DNA of 62,674 nucleotides, the filler included, from Vannella sp. (lineage: Eukaryota): the NCBI GenBank assembly GCA_023345925.1. It is 5 parts of 5 records of this genome, joined end to end, with 100 filler letters (N's around TTAATTAATTAA, not from the genome) between each part and the next. Parts side by side here need not be neighbours in the genome. Positions count along the whole stretch, not along the records: positions 1 to 6,174 come from JAJQQN010000585.1; positions 6,275 to 20,453 come from JAJQQN010000214.1; 3 more parts are not named here. One strand, written 5' to 3'. Below, piece after piece: positions 1-9,685 of this stretch (the first letter of the stretch is position 1; every line of letters begins with the position of its first letter). The position numbers and the translations under genes are program-made. The notes below the pieces were generated by a model. It did not search any database. It was not told where the DNA came from and saw only the letters and a program-made list of their open reading frames with translations.

Positions 1-40
1 CGGTTGAATTTGGCACTCATAGGAGAGTAGAGGACTCAAA

Positions 41-684
41 ATGAGCCAAGATAGCTTGCAGAGGCAAGTATTAGAAGCAAATAGAGAGTCTGGGATGGTT
101 TTGGACTCTTCCAGCTTCGACCTCTCCGCCCCCTTCGACTACATCAAACAGCAGATGCAAACAGCTCTTTCTGTCTCTTCATGGCCAAATGAATCCGTCG
201 AGAACCTCTCCCACGAGAGGCGAGCAGAGGAGAAGGCACTTGTCAAAGGCCTGTTGCGCACCTTTGACCACGCTTATAACGAGAAATTCGGTTGTTTGGT
301 TCGTTTACCGTTAAGGCTTCGCTTCAATACTAACAAGAAGACTCTCTGCAGCCTGGGAAAGAAGCCAAAGAGTCACTTCGAACAATATATAAGCGCTACC
401 GAGAGCTGACGCAAAGTCTCCAGCACTCCAAACCAACGCTAAAAGAAACAAAGCCTATTATAGTGGTGGAGAACGACTATAACATGCTCAAGAAACAGAA
501 GCGCGAGCTACAATGCCTTCTGCATCGATTCCAAGCTGATTTTGTGAAACAGCATGGGCGCCAAGTCACTTCTGCAGAGGACAAACTTCCCATCCAAAAG
601 GAATACGAACAATATCGAGAGCTGAAGGCAAAGCTTGCCGGTATAGAAGCCACCAGGCAAACAGGAAGCCTTGAAAGCGCCTAA
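41..684 (+). CDS. FAM13-like protein, C-terminal coiled-coil region (possibly 5'-partial); 2 exons
   Basis: Removing intron 299-351 (GTTCGT...CTGCAG) joins ORFs 41..409 and 463..684 in frame. This gives two FAM13-type repeats: EKALVKGLLRTFDHAYNEKFGCLPGKEAKESLRTIYKRYREL and QKRELQCLLHRFQADFVKQHGRQVTSAEDKLPIQKEYEQYRELKAKL. Confidence 0.7.
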
Positions 685-709
685 AATTACAAGTCAATGT
701 ATCTGTTAT

Positions 710-2200
710 TTAAGAGAAGAACTGAGAAAGCTTCGGCTGCTTCTTGCCCTTTACGAGCAGTTGAAGACACTTTTGCATGCCTTTGGACAAAGCGATTTCT
801 TTCAATTCAGTTTCTGAAACCCATCGTGACTTGGGCGAGTTCTTTTGTGGTTCGAATTGTAGTTCAGGAGTAGTTATGAGACACCGAGCAACCAAGAGAG
901 TCTGCTTGATATGCGAGAACTCGTGGGACACCGTTCCCAAGTCCAAATATTCCTCTTTCTCACTCACAGCAAGTCCAAACGTGTTTGCCACATACTCACG
1001 AAGAAGAGCTTGTCGGTCAGATGAGGTAGATGGCAAAGGGCAAGAAGGGAACTCCCACATGGATGCCAAAAGACCTTTTGGAGGGCGTTGGACGACCAAA
1101 AATTGCCTTTTTTGATCTCTTTGGTGGATGAATAGACAAGTTGCCACACTTTCCAAGCGTTGGGCAGCCTTCTTGACTTTCATGGGATAATCAGTCACAG
1201 AAACAGAGCGGGAAGGATCTTGCGAGGCCGAGAAAGCTGCACAGAAACTCCTGAGAGGACAAGATCCACATTCAGGAGCAGGTTTTACGGTACAGACAGT
1301 AGCTCCCAGGTCCATCAGAGCCTGATTGAAGCAACCAGCTCTTTGAACAGATACCAGATCCTCTGCAAGTCTCCAATGAAGCTTCTGTGTCGCGCCAAGC
1401 TTGGGATCGTCATCAATCGCCCGCAATCGGGAGAGAACGCGGATGACGTTGCCGTCGACCACTGGTGTAGACTCTCCAAAGACGATAGAAGCAATAGCAC
1501 CAGCTGTGTACCTTCCAACACCTGGAAGCTTCGCAAGCTCGACAGCAGTCGATGGAATCTCACCCCCAAGCTCGTTCATGACTTGCTGAGCACCCTGGTG
1601 AAGGAACCTGGCTCTTCTGTAGTAGCCCAGACCAGCCCACTTCTCATTCACAGCTTCTGGGCTTGCTTTCGACAGGATCTCGAGCGTAGGGAAGGCTTTT
1701 AGCCATTTGGTGAAGTACTCAATGACCGTTTGCACGCGAGTCTGCTGTAACATGACCTCGCTTACCCAAACCTCATACGCACGCTGGGTTCTAAGCGTTG
1801 TGAGAGCTGCTGGGTCGGAAACGGCGCTCTGTTGTGCCTCCCACTCGTCCCTTGGGACTCTCCAAGGCATGAAACGGACTTCTTTGGTGTCGTACCACTT
1901 CAAGAGGCTCTTCTGAAGGCTCTGGATCTCCTCTTCTCCCTTCCACTCCCTGGGGAAAGTCGGAAACACGGAAGAAGCGAGCTCCTCAATGTCTACAAGC
2001 GCTTCCTCCTCACTGTTCTCTTCAGCATCCTCGATGACATCATCATCCGCCTCCAGTTGGTCGCCCCCGTCCTCTGCAGGTTCAAACTCCTCCTCTGATG
2101 GAAGAAGCTCTTCCTCTTCTGATGAGCCTGAAGAAGGAGGTGTGACAAGCTTCTGGCGCTTCACTGGGCGCTGAGAACGAGAAGGAAGCCGCTTCGGCAT
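710..2200 (-). CDS. MUTYH: A/G-specific adenine DNA glycosylase (MutY/MUTYH)
   Basis: Motifs YEVWVSEVMLQQT, WAGLGYYRRAR, HhH LPGVGRYTAGAIASI, VDGNVIRVLSRL, Fe-S loop CTVKPAPECGSCPLRSFC and NUDIX-like GLLASMWEFP. C-terminal PIP-like QPKLSQFF. First ATG is at 2200. Confidence 0.95.
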   Translation of the reverse strand: MPKRLPSRSQRPVKRQKLVTPPSSGSSEEEELLPSEEEFEPAEDGGDQLEADDDVIEDAEENSEEEALVDIEELASSVFPTFPREWKGEEEIQSLQKSLLKWYDTKEVRFMPWRVPRDEWEAQQSAVSDPAALTTLRTQRAYEVWVSEVMLQQTRVQTVIEYFTKWLKAFPTLEILSKASPEAVNEKWAGLGYYRRARFLHQGAQQVMNELGGEIPSTAVELAKLPGVGRYTAGAIASIVFGESTPVVDGNVIRVLSRLRAIDDDPKLGATQKLHWRLAEDLVSVQRAGCFNQALMDLGATVCTVKPAPECGSCPLRSFCAAFSASQDPSRSVSVTDYPMKVKKAAQRLESVATCLFIHQRDQKRQFLVVQRPPKGLLASMWEFPSCPLPSTSSDRQALLREYVANTFGLAVSEKEEYLDLGTVSHEFSHIKQTLLVARCLITTPELQFEPQKNSPKSRWVSETELKEIALSKGMQKCLQLLVKGKKQPKLSQFFS

Positions 2201-2299
2201 CGGGAGGAGGAAGAAATGGCGGGAAAAGTGCGTCAACCAAGGGAGGAGTCTATTTGGTGGATAAAATGAGTTTGTGAGAGCGTTGTTGACGTTCCATGT

Positions 2300-3913
2300 C
2301 TACTGAAGCTCCACGTAGTTGGCTGGGAACATGCCAGATTCACCAGCAGCGTTGGTTCCAGTGTACCAGCCGGCCACTTCCGATGTGATCGTGATTACCT
2401 CGCCCACAGCCACTGACAGCTCGTCTGAGGAAGAAGAAATGAACTCGAACTTGCCCTGGCAAGCGAAGGATCAGATCGGTGGCGCAGGGAAGGAGGGAGG
2501 ACTTACCACGCAGCGCTTCTCACCAGGTGGTGGCCCGGCAGCTGGTGCTGAGCCTTTGATTAGCTCAACGTAGTTACCAGGGAACATGCCGGCCTTGCCG
2601 TGGCACTCTCCTTCCCACCATCCGCTGTCATCTTGCTTGGTGACTGTGATGATGTCTCCCACGCCGAAGCCAAGCTCTGTAGCATCAGCAGCTGCATACT
2701 CAAACAGAGCCTTGGCCTGAGGTCGACTGGCAGGAGCAGCTGCTGCGCGTGTACCTCCTGGAGTGGGAAGTGGAGCGGCAGTTGAGGGAGGAGTCGACTC
2801 TACTGGTCGGGACACCGCAACAGCTGCTGGGACACTCTTCTTCTTGAACTGTTCGTGTTTGCCCTTGTAAGCTTCGTATTCCGTAGGGCGAGGGGGCTGC
2901 AGGCCGGTCTTGTTGGCTAAAAGGAAGTTTTGGATGTCATCCATTCCGTTCACCTTGGCCACAGCCTCCTTGTACGCCTTCTCCTGCTCTACGATATCAT
3001 CAACAAGACTCTGTTGTGCTGTGACGATCATGTCCATAACGTCCTTGAGTTTGCCCACTCGGCGCTCCTCCATCGCCCCAAAGTCCTGTTGAACGTCAGT
3101 TCTGGTGGCAGTGAGGGTCTCTGGATACGCACCTTGAGGATCTCTTTCATACTCTCTTCGTACTTGACCTGGAACGACTGGAACTCGCTCAATTGCGTTT
3201 GATAAGCAGTGTCCGCGACTTCTGCTTCCTTCTTTTGCTTGTTAAAGGCTGCACTGAGCTTAGAGATGTTCTTTGCAGTGATCGTGGGATCCTGCTGTGC
3301 CTTCTCCTGCGCAATCAGAGCGTTCTCCGCCACCTCAGTCTTCTTGTGGTAGTTCTGCATGGCCGACCGCACGCCTGCGCGTCCCTTCTCCAAGTCACGG
3401 TTAAGGTTGGCAACATTGGTAACATGCTGGACTCCTGTCAGCACCGCCACGACCTCCTGAGAAGACGACATACCGTATCCCGTTGGCGAGTGATGTCTTT
3501 CTTGAAAGTGGCGAGTTCCACCGAGTTCTTGCGGTAGACTTCCGCAAGAGTCAATCGAGACTTTGCTAACTCTTCTGTTTGCGTTCGGAAGGCGCCCCAT
3601 CCTGCACCGACGGTGCTACAAAGAGTACATGAGCCAAACACGCCTCTTTGCTAAAGAACACAGTCACCCACCCGTTCTCTGCTACGGTTGGTGGTTTGGC
3701 AAAAAGAGCTTGCATCTTGCGAGCTGTGTCCACTTCGATAGCGCCGCGGTTCTCTAGAAACTTGATAAACTCGTTCACGGTCCGTTTCCCTTCATCAAAG
3801 CGATCTGTAACTTGCTTCATGCCATCCTAGCACCTCCTTGTCAGCCTTACAGAGTATGCCAACGCTTCTATACTCACCCAGAGGTGTTGTTCGTACGTGA
3901 ACTGCTCGGCCAT
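2300..3913 (-). CDS. F-BAR domain protein with two C-terminal SH3 domains (PSTPIP/Cdc15-like), multi-exon
   Basis: FCH start MAEQFTYEQHLW|DGMKQVTDRFDEGKRTVNEFIKFLENRGAIE. SH3-1 ALFEYAAADATELGFGVGD..GWWEG..GMFPGNYV. SH3-2 follows a short intron: KFEFISSSSDELSVAVGE..GWYTG..GMFPANYVELQ*. Confidence 0.88.
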
Positions 3914-4260
3914 GACCACCCGCAGAGGCGCACCAAAGAATGACTCGTTTGCAGCCTAGCTCTTGTTGGGATCGAGTTTGTCAGTCCCTTGAGCTTAGTG
4001 ATGTATAGATACCTTCTTACAAGCCGTAATGGCCCCTGCTGACGACCCTACTCACTGTTTCGACGAAGACTAGGTGTGAGGAGGATGAATCGGAGGTGTA
4101 GGACGGGAACTGGGTGGTAAGAGGCTCTGTATTTGAAAGACGTGTCGATATACTTCCCTAAGGCTGAAGAAAGGCTCGCCTGAGGGAGGAATGGGCGACA
4201 TTTCCCTGCTGGACCTTTCCCACGGGCACGTGCCTCATCAGTACTTAACTTTAGCGCGTT

Positions 4261-6174
4261 ATGGACCGTGAGTGGGAGACGATTGAAGACATGTTCCAAG
4301 CAGAAGCTATCGAGAGCGGTCTGGAAGCCGAGGGGGAACAAGGAGGACTCCCAGCAAGCCTTCCCGACTTTCTTCCCGAGCAGAGTCCACGCCAGGAGGA
4401 GGCTCTCACTCTGCTTGCTGATCCTACATCTTCTGTGATACCTGAGGATGGAGAGAGCATCCCAATAGTGGCGGAAGGGGAGGAAGAAGACCAGTTATCT
4501 GTCAACTTGTCGGATCTACCAGAAGAGCTCTTCGTTGGTGCTCCTGTTGATGTTGAGATGGTCGAGGTTGATGACTTTGACTTCTTCTCCATGTCTGGAA
4601 GCCATGCCAACGACGAGTTCGGCATCATTGCTGTGGACAGCAGCCTTGACCCTTTTGGATCAGATCTCTTTGCTCCAAGCTCCGGAGGTGGCTATGAAGC
4701 TCCCTCATACGAAGCATACCCATTAGAAGACGATTCAGAGCGTCAAGAGGAGGCTCCTTCCACTTACGATCCTTTTGGGTTCGATGGAGGGTCTGTAAGT
4801 GTGGATTACTTTGGCTTTGAGCCCTCTCCAGCTACTACCAGTGAGGGTGGTATGGATAGTGAAGGATGGGATAACATCAACGCGTCTGCAGGAGCCTATG
4901 AGCCATGGGATGCACAGAACCCTGAAAACCCATCTGAGACCATGCAAGAGGAGGTTCCTTCCACGTATGATCCTTTTGGGTTCGATGGAGGGTCTGTGAG
5001 TGTGGACTACTTCGGCTTTGAAGCCTCTCCAGGCGAGGACGGCTTCCCCAACGATCATCAAGACATCGAAGATCCTTCTACAGGCGTTTCTTATGCACCT
5101 TGGGACGACCAAGTGTCAGAGGAACCTTCAAAAGATCCATTTGGAGGGGAATCCACGATGTGGGACAACCAGGGGGATGACTTTGGCTGGAATTCCGTCG
5201 GAGGAGAGGGCCAGGATGATTTTAGCTCTTTGGGACATCCAGATGAGTTCGCAGTACCTCAAACAGAATCATTTGACAACTCTTCCCCTTTTCCAGCTTC
5301 ACAAGAGCCAGCATTCATTGACAGAGCTCCTGTTGAAGAGGTGACTGAGCTGCCATCCGACCTATTTGGATCAGGACCTTCTGAATTTGATGGGTTTAGC
5401 AACTATCAAGAAGAAGCACCCGTCTCCTTGCCCAGCAGAGGAGGATTTGACGATTTTGGCTTCTCACAAGAATCCTGTGCCGCTGACTTTGATCTCGGCT
5501 TGGGCGGAGATGGCAATGTTGGCTTCCATTTTGAGCCTCAACCAAGCATTGTCCCTTCACAGCCTTTGGCTACTCAGAGGGTGGTACCTCCAATCAGTCC
5601 TTTTGCGTATAATCCTGTGCTTTCAGTATCTTCTCCTAATCTGCGCCGTTCTCCGGCTCCTCTGCCTGTTTCTGTCGGCGCTCAGCCTTGGCAAGCTCGT
5701 GCTCCAGCACCAACTGCTGTTGCTTTGCCCCAAGCAGTCACCCTTCAGAGAAGTGCGGTTAATGTGGGAGGAATCTCAGTGTTCCAGCCAGCCTTTGTCC
5801 CTCTTCCTGTGAATCCAGTACCTTCGTTTCAGCCCATATCTCCTCCGAGCTGGGGAGACGACCAGGGTTTCAGCTCAGTCCCGCTAGTTTCCCAACCGAA
5901 AGGGGTCCCTCCATTCCAACTACATCATGATGTGGACTCTTACTCTCAAGGAGAGTCTATTGAGCTTCCCAGGGCGCCTCATTGCACGTTTGCATTTGGA
6001 TTTGGAGGAACATTTGTTACTTGTGGAGGTAAGGAAGGATCCAGCTCCCTCAAAATCCATCGCACAAAGGACCTTTTGAGCGCTTCCCCCTTTTACAAAG
6101 CCATGGAAAGCTTCCCTGGTCCTCTGACGGCCTCCTCCGGACCGCGCAAAATCCTTCCGTTCATCCAAACGAAG
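4261..6174 (+). CDS. SEC16: COPII scaffold Sec16, N-terminal part (3'-truncated at contig end)
   Basis: Long acidic/Phe-rich disordered N-terminus followed by RAPHCTFAFGFGGTFV...ESFPGPL, matching the start of the Sec16 central conserved domain. Confidence 0.75.
4744..5030 (+). repeat. Two copies of an ~85-bp coding repeat (QEE[AV]PSTYDPFGFDGGSVSVDYFGFE[PA]SP) spaced 201 bp apart in Sec16
   Basis: Near-identical DNA at ~4744-4830 and ~4945-5030. Confidence 0.9.
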
Positions 6175-6274
6175 NNNNNNNNNNNNNNNNNNNNNNNNNN
6201 NNNNNNNNNNNNNNNNNNTTAATTAATTAANNNNNNNNNNNNNNNNNNNNNNNNNNNNNNNNNNNNNNNNNNNN
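6175..6274. other. Artificial contig spacer (N44-TTAATTAATTAA-N44)
   Basis: Six-frame stop linker flanked by Ns; identical at all four junctions. Confidence 0.98.
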
Positions 6275-6940
6275 GGAAGGAGTTGTGCGAAGGGAAGAGG
6301 CGGGGTGGGGGGAAGAAAGCGGCATCCCATGTTGGAGGAGCCATATCATAGTTGTAGTCAGAGAGTAGAGCGTGGTCAATCGAATGAAATGGCTGGGAGA
6401 GCTGAGAGGGAGGAACTGGAACTGTCTCCACGTAATGATCGGAGAGGTTGAAATCGACCGAAAAGGGAATGGGTGCGGGCCCCTTTGGAGGAGAATGGAC
6501 TTCAGAGAGGATCTGCTCAAGCGCTGAAGTCTCCACCGGTGAACCGAAGATTGCCAGCAGCGAGTTGGGAGAAATATCTCCAAACAAGGAATGAGCTGCC
6601 GTTGTGTCACTCGCCAAAGGCTGATTTGCCATGTCCTGAAACATGGGGTCTTCCATCTCTTCGTTGGCAAGCCTCTCTGTGCAAAAGAGGGGGCTCCTGT
6701 GCCCAGGGCGAGTATTGGGGGAGAAACCCTGTTTTCTCCGCTTTGCCTTCCCCTCCAAGGGAGATAGCAACTAATCACACATGTCAGCGCCAACAACCAA
6801 CCACCAAGTTGACTTACACTAGAAGGAGTCAAGGTGCGCTTGCGAAGAGGAGTACGCTTTAAGGGAGAAACATTCAGCAGCTGCGGAGCGTTCTCCTTAT
6901 CCCACGACTCGTCCCAGATCGATCCCGCAGGAAGCTCCAT
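6275..6940 (-). CDS. Hypothetical low-complexity protein with KEN box and many S/T-P sites (3'-truncated); 2 exons
   Basis: MELPAGSIWDESWDKENAPQLLNVSPLKRTPLRKRTLTPSS|LLSPLEGKAKRRKQ; a GTAAGT...CTGAC...TTAG intron joins ORFs 6227..6964 and 6219..6770. Confidence 0.55.
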
Positions 6941-7257
6941 GTAAATTGCAACTGACTCGTTCACCTGCTACCACTTTGGCGCCCTCTTCAACGGCTGACA
7001 TGTCCGTTGCGCTTGAGAAAATAATGTCCGTTTAATGAGCTGCTTTAATGACAATGGCTAATGCTTTGCTATTCGAATGCACCAAAGCTCAGATCATCAT
7101 GACGGTTTGTGCTAACTGATAATTGGGCAATTATGATGTGTCACTCGCTTTTTTTCTTCTTTGTCTTTAACGAATACAATTGGCCTTGATCCATACACAA
7201 TTGTTCATTAACAGAATTGCAAGCGAAAGCTCATTTTTTAGTTGGTCTTTTGCGTAG

Positions 7258-9171
7258 TTGGTCGGTTGGATGTCGTTTCCTCGTTCAGCCTCGGTTTCTA
7301 CGGATATGGACCTGATGGAGTCATGTTGGAACCCGATGACACGGTCTTCTACGTTTTCCTTGGCTGATACGTTCCTCGTACCGCGGGTGGACGAAGAACC
7401 TGCCAAAAACCAGGAAACTGAAGCTTTAACGAGTTCTCTCTACGAGAATCTCATCTCTTCTCCACTATCTTCTCATCTTCTACCTCCACATGCACATGGC
7501 TTTGACTTTGACTCGGCCCTCACTGACGAAGATGAGCTGTTCCCCTCTGCCACTCTCAGCAGTTCCCCTCACGGGCAGACCAACCAAACCCGTAGCCTTT
7601 ACTATGATCGATCAACAGATGAAGAGACCGAGCTTCCTCCACGCTCCCAGGGCTCCAGATTACTCTCACTCCGACTGTTTGAGCCTGAAGAGGTCCAAAC
7701 GGCGCCACTCAGCGCAGGTGACGGAAGCGAAGACTACTTACCGCCCAGAGGGCTTCCTCGCCGCACCTCCAAGCCGCCCCAGCTGGAGATACCAGGGAGT
7801 CTCCCTGTGAAGGCTTCAAGGTCTTCAAGGGCTGTGAAGACGACAGGGGCACCCAAGAGAGGACGAGGCAGGCCACGTAAAGCACGGGGGAGTGCCAATA
7901 GCGCTGAGAACTTGCCCAACTTTGTCATCAATCAGCACATCGACCCTCGGATGGCTCGAGTGGTCGCTTTGGCAAGCAGGATGATAGAACAAGAACAGGA
8001 AGATTACGATGAGCCCATCCCTGAGTTCCTGCTTGAGGAAGCGGTGCCCAGGTCAGCCCCAACCGCCGTTTCAGAGCCGGATTCACAGGCCACCAGTCAC
8101 CGACTCCGAGAGATTATGGAGGATCTCGGCCATAGCCAAGACATTGACAGCGCTAAGGACGATGCAAACAGTGTGTGGAAGGAGCTAACTGGGCATTCAG
8201 TCCTGGATGGCAATTCGCGATCCATTATGCCTCAATCAGCAGTTCCTGGCCTGGAGGGGGAGCAGTTTAACCCCTTCACTGTATTAGGGCTCACAAAAGA
8301 GTACAGCCCTCCCAACATCGGTCCTTCCTATCAAGCAGCCTTCATCCCAGCTCTCTTAACGGCATCAGAAAGGAGGCAAGCCGAGCTCCGCAACCGTACT
8401 TTGGAGCCCACATTAGTCTTCCAACCTCCTTTGGAAGGGGAGCTCGTCTATGACTTGCGTAAGTCACGAAAGGCCACGAACAAAGCGACATTCTCACAAA
8501 TGCGGCTTCGCAGAGTTCGATAGGATCATCAAAGCGATCAAAGAGATGATCCCCAACGTTGAAGAAGACCGGTTCTTGCAGGTTCTCTTCGAGAACAACT
8601 TCGAGCCCCTCAGCGCCATCACCTTTGCAGTGAAGAACCAAGCCAAGCTCGTCTTCCACACTCGAAGTACGTCCATTCGCACCCTGACACCGTCCAACTC
8701 ACCTGCGTGGTAGACTCCTTCTCTGAGCTGGAGAAGAACTTGTTCGAGACTGGTCTCAGGCAGTTTGGGAAGGAGTTTAGGGAGATCCAGCGGTTAGTCA
8801 AGAGCAAGACGCTGGGCGAAGTGATGGCCTTCTACTTCTATTGGAGGTGTACTGCTCGCTCTGAGTTCCTTCACGTACAGGAAGTGGATCTTCCTGCCGT
8901 TCGGGAGCTTCATCGGGGGCGAGCACTCCTCGTTTTGGAGCGATTGCGAAGAGAAGGCTGCGATCCGGACTTGGCCAAGTTCACCCTGGATGTAGATGCG
9001 GACTGGGTACGTAACGAGCTGTATCCTTACATCCCCCAACCCAACGGCACATACATCCACGTCAAGGACCGCGAGAAGATCGTAGAGTCCCCCAACAAGC
9101 CCGAACTTCGGAAGCGCAGCTCTCCTTTCTCCTCCTTTGTACCAGAAGCCAAGCGCCAGCGACGCGCTTGA
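7258..9171 (+). CDS. ELM2-SANT(Myb) chromatin protein with AT-hook; 3 exons (start uncertain)
   Basis: AT-hook KRGRGRPRK, ELM2 start PNIGPSYQA, SANT FSELEKNLFETGLRQFGKEFREIQRLVKSKTLGEVMAFYFYWR. Introns 8459-8513 and 8667-8713 restore the frame. Confidence 0.85.
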
Positions 9172-9174
9172 AGC

Positions 9175-9618
9175 ATGAGCTCACTACATCCGGTTCCTCG
9201 TCATTCCCTCACCAGCGCCTCCATGAGCGGAGTGGACACAGTTCAGTCGTTCTCTCCTGGGCTGGGTAAGGTCCTTTCGATGTCAGAGTGCCAGGAAGAG
9301 GGAAAGAGAAGGACGCTTTGGCACTTGTCCACCGCACAAGGGGGCGGCTTCTCCTTTGGGACGGAGAGGGTCGAGGTGGGCTCTCGCATTCCCCTGCACG
9401 TTCATCATGAATCAGACGAGCTCATCTTCATCCACCGTGGCTCCGCGCTGCTCACTCACGGAGAGTCGAAGGACGCCCACCCTATGAACGAAGGAGACTC
9501 CATTTGCATCAGCGCAGGGGCGTTTCACGAGATCCACAACGTCTCCCCAACAGAAGCCCTTCTCCTCACATGGACACTCTCCCCTCCCATGGCCATCCCT
9601 TCCTTCCAAGCCAAGTAA
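9175..9618 (+). CDS. Cupin_2 domain protein (start may be ATG 9223)
   Basis: Cupin metal motif PLHVHHESDELIFIHRG ... GDSICISAGAFHEIHN. Confidence 0.85.
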   Translation: MSSLHPVPRHSLTSASMSGVDTVQSFSPGLGKVLSMSECQEEGKRRTLWHLSTAQGGGFSFGTERVEVGSRIPLHVHHESDELIFIHRGSALLTHGESKDAHPMNEGDSICISAGAFHEIHNVSPTEALLLTWTLSPPMAIPSFQAK

Positions 9619-9685
9619 TAGCGCCCTCTCGAAAGGGGGCACTAAACCCAGTCCACACAGGTGTACGAGGCCATTTGCATGCTTT

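Noticed and set aside
6175..6274. Repeated TTAATTAATTAA within N runs (four places) as a biological repeat; ORFs running into X..LIN
   Set aside because: Artificial concatenation linker. Genes on either side of a spacer are not necessarily neighbours, so cross-spacer synteny was ignored.
7000..7250. Possible C/D-box snoRNA (ATGA/CTGA motifs) in the divergent promoter
   Set aside because: Box order and terminal stem are not convincing, and no guide complementarity is identifiable by eye.
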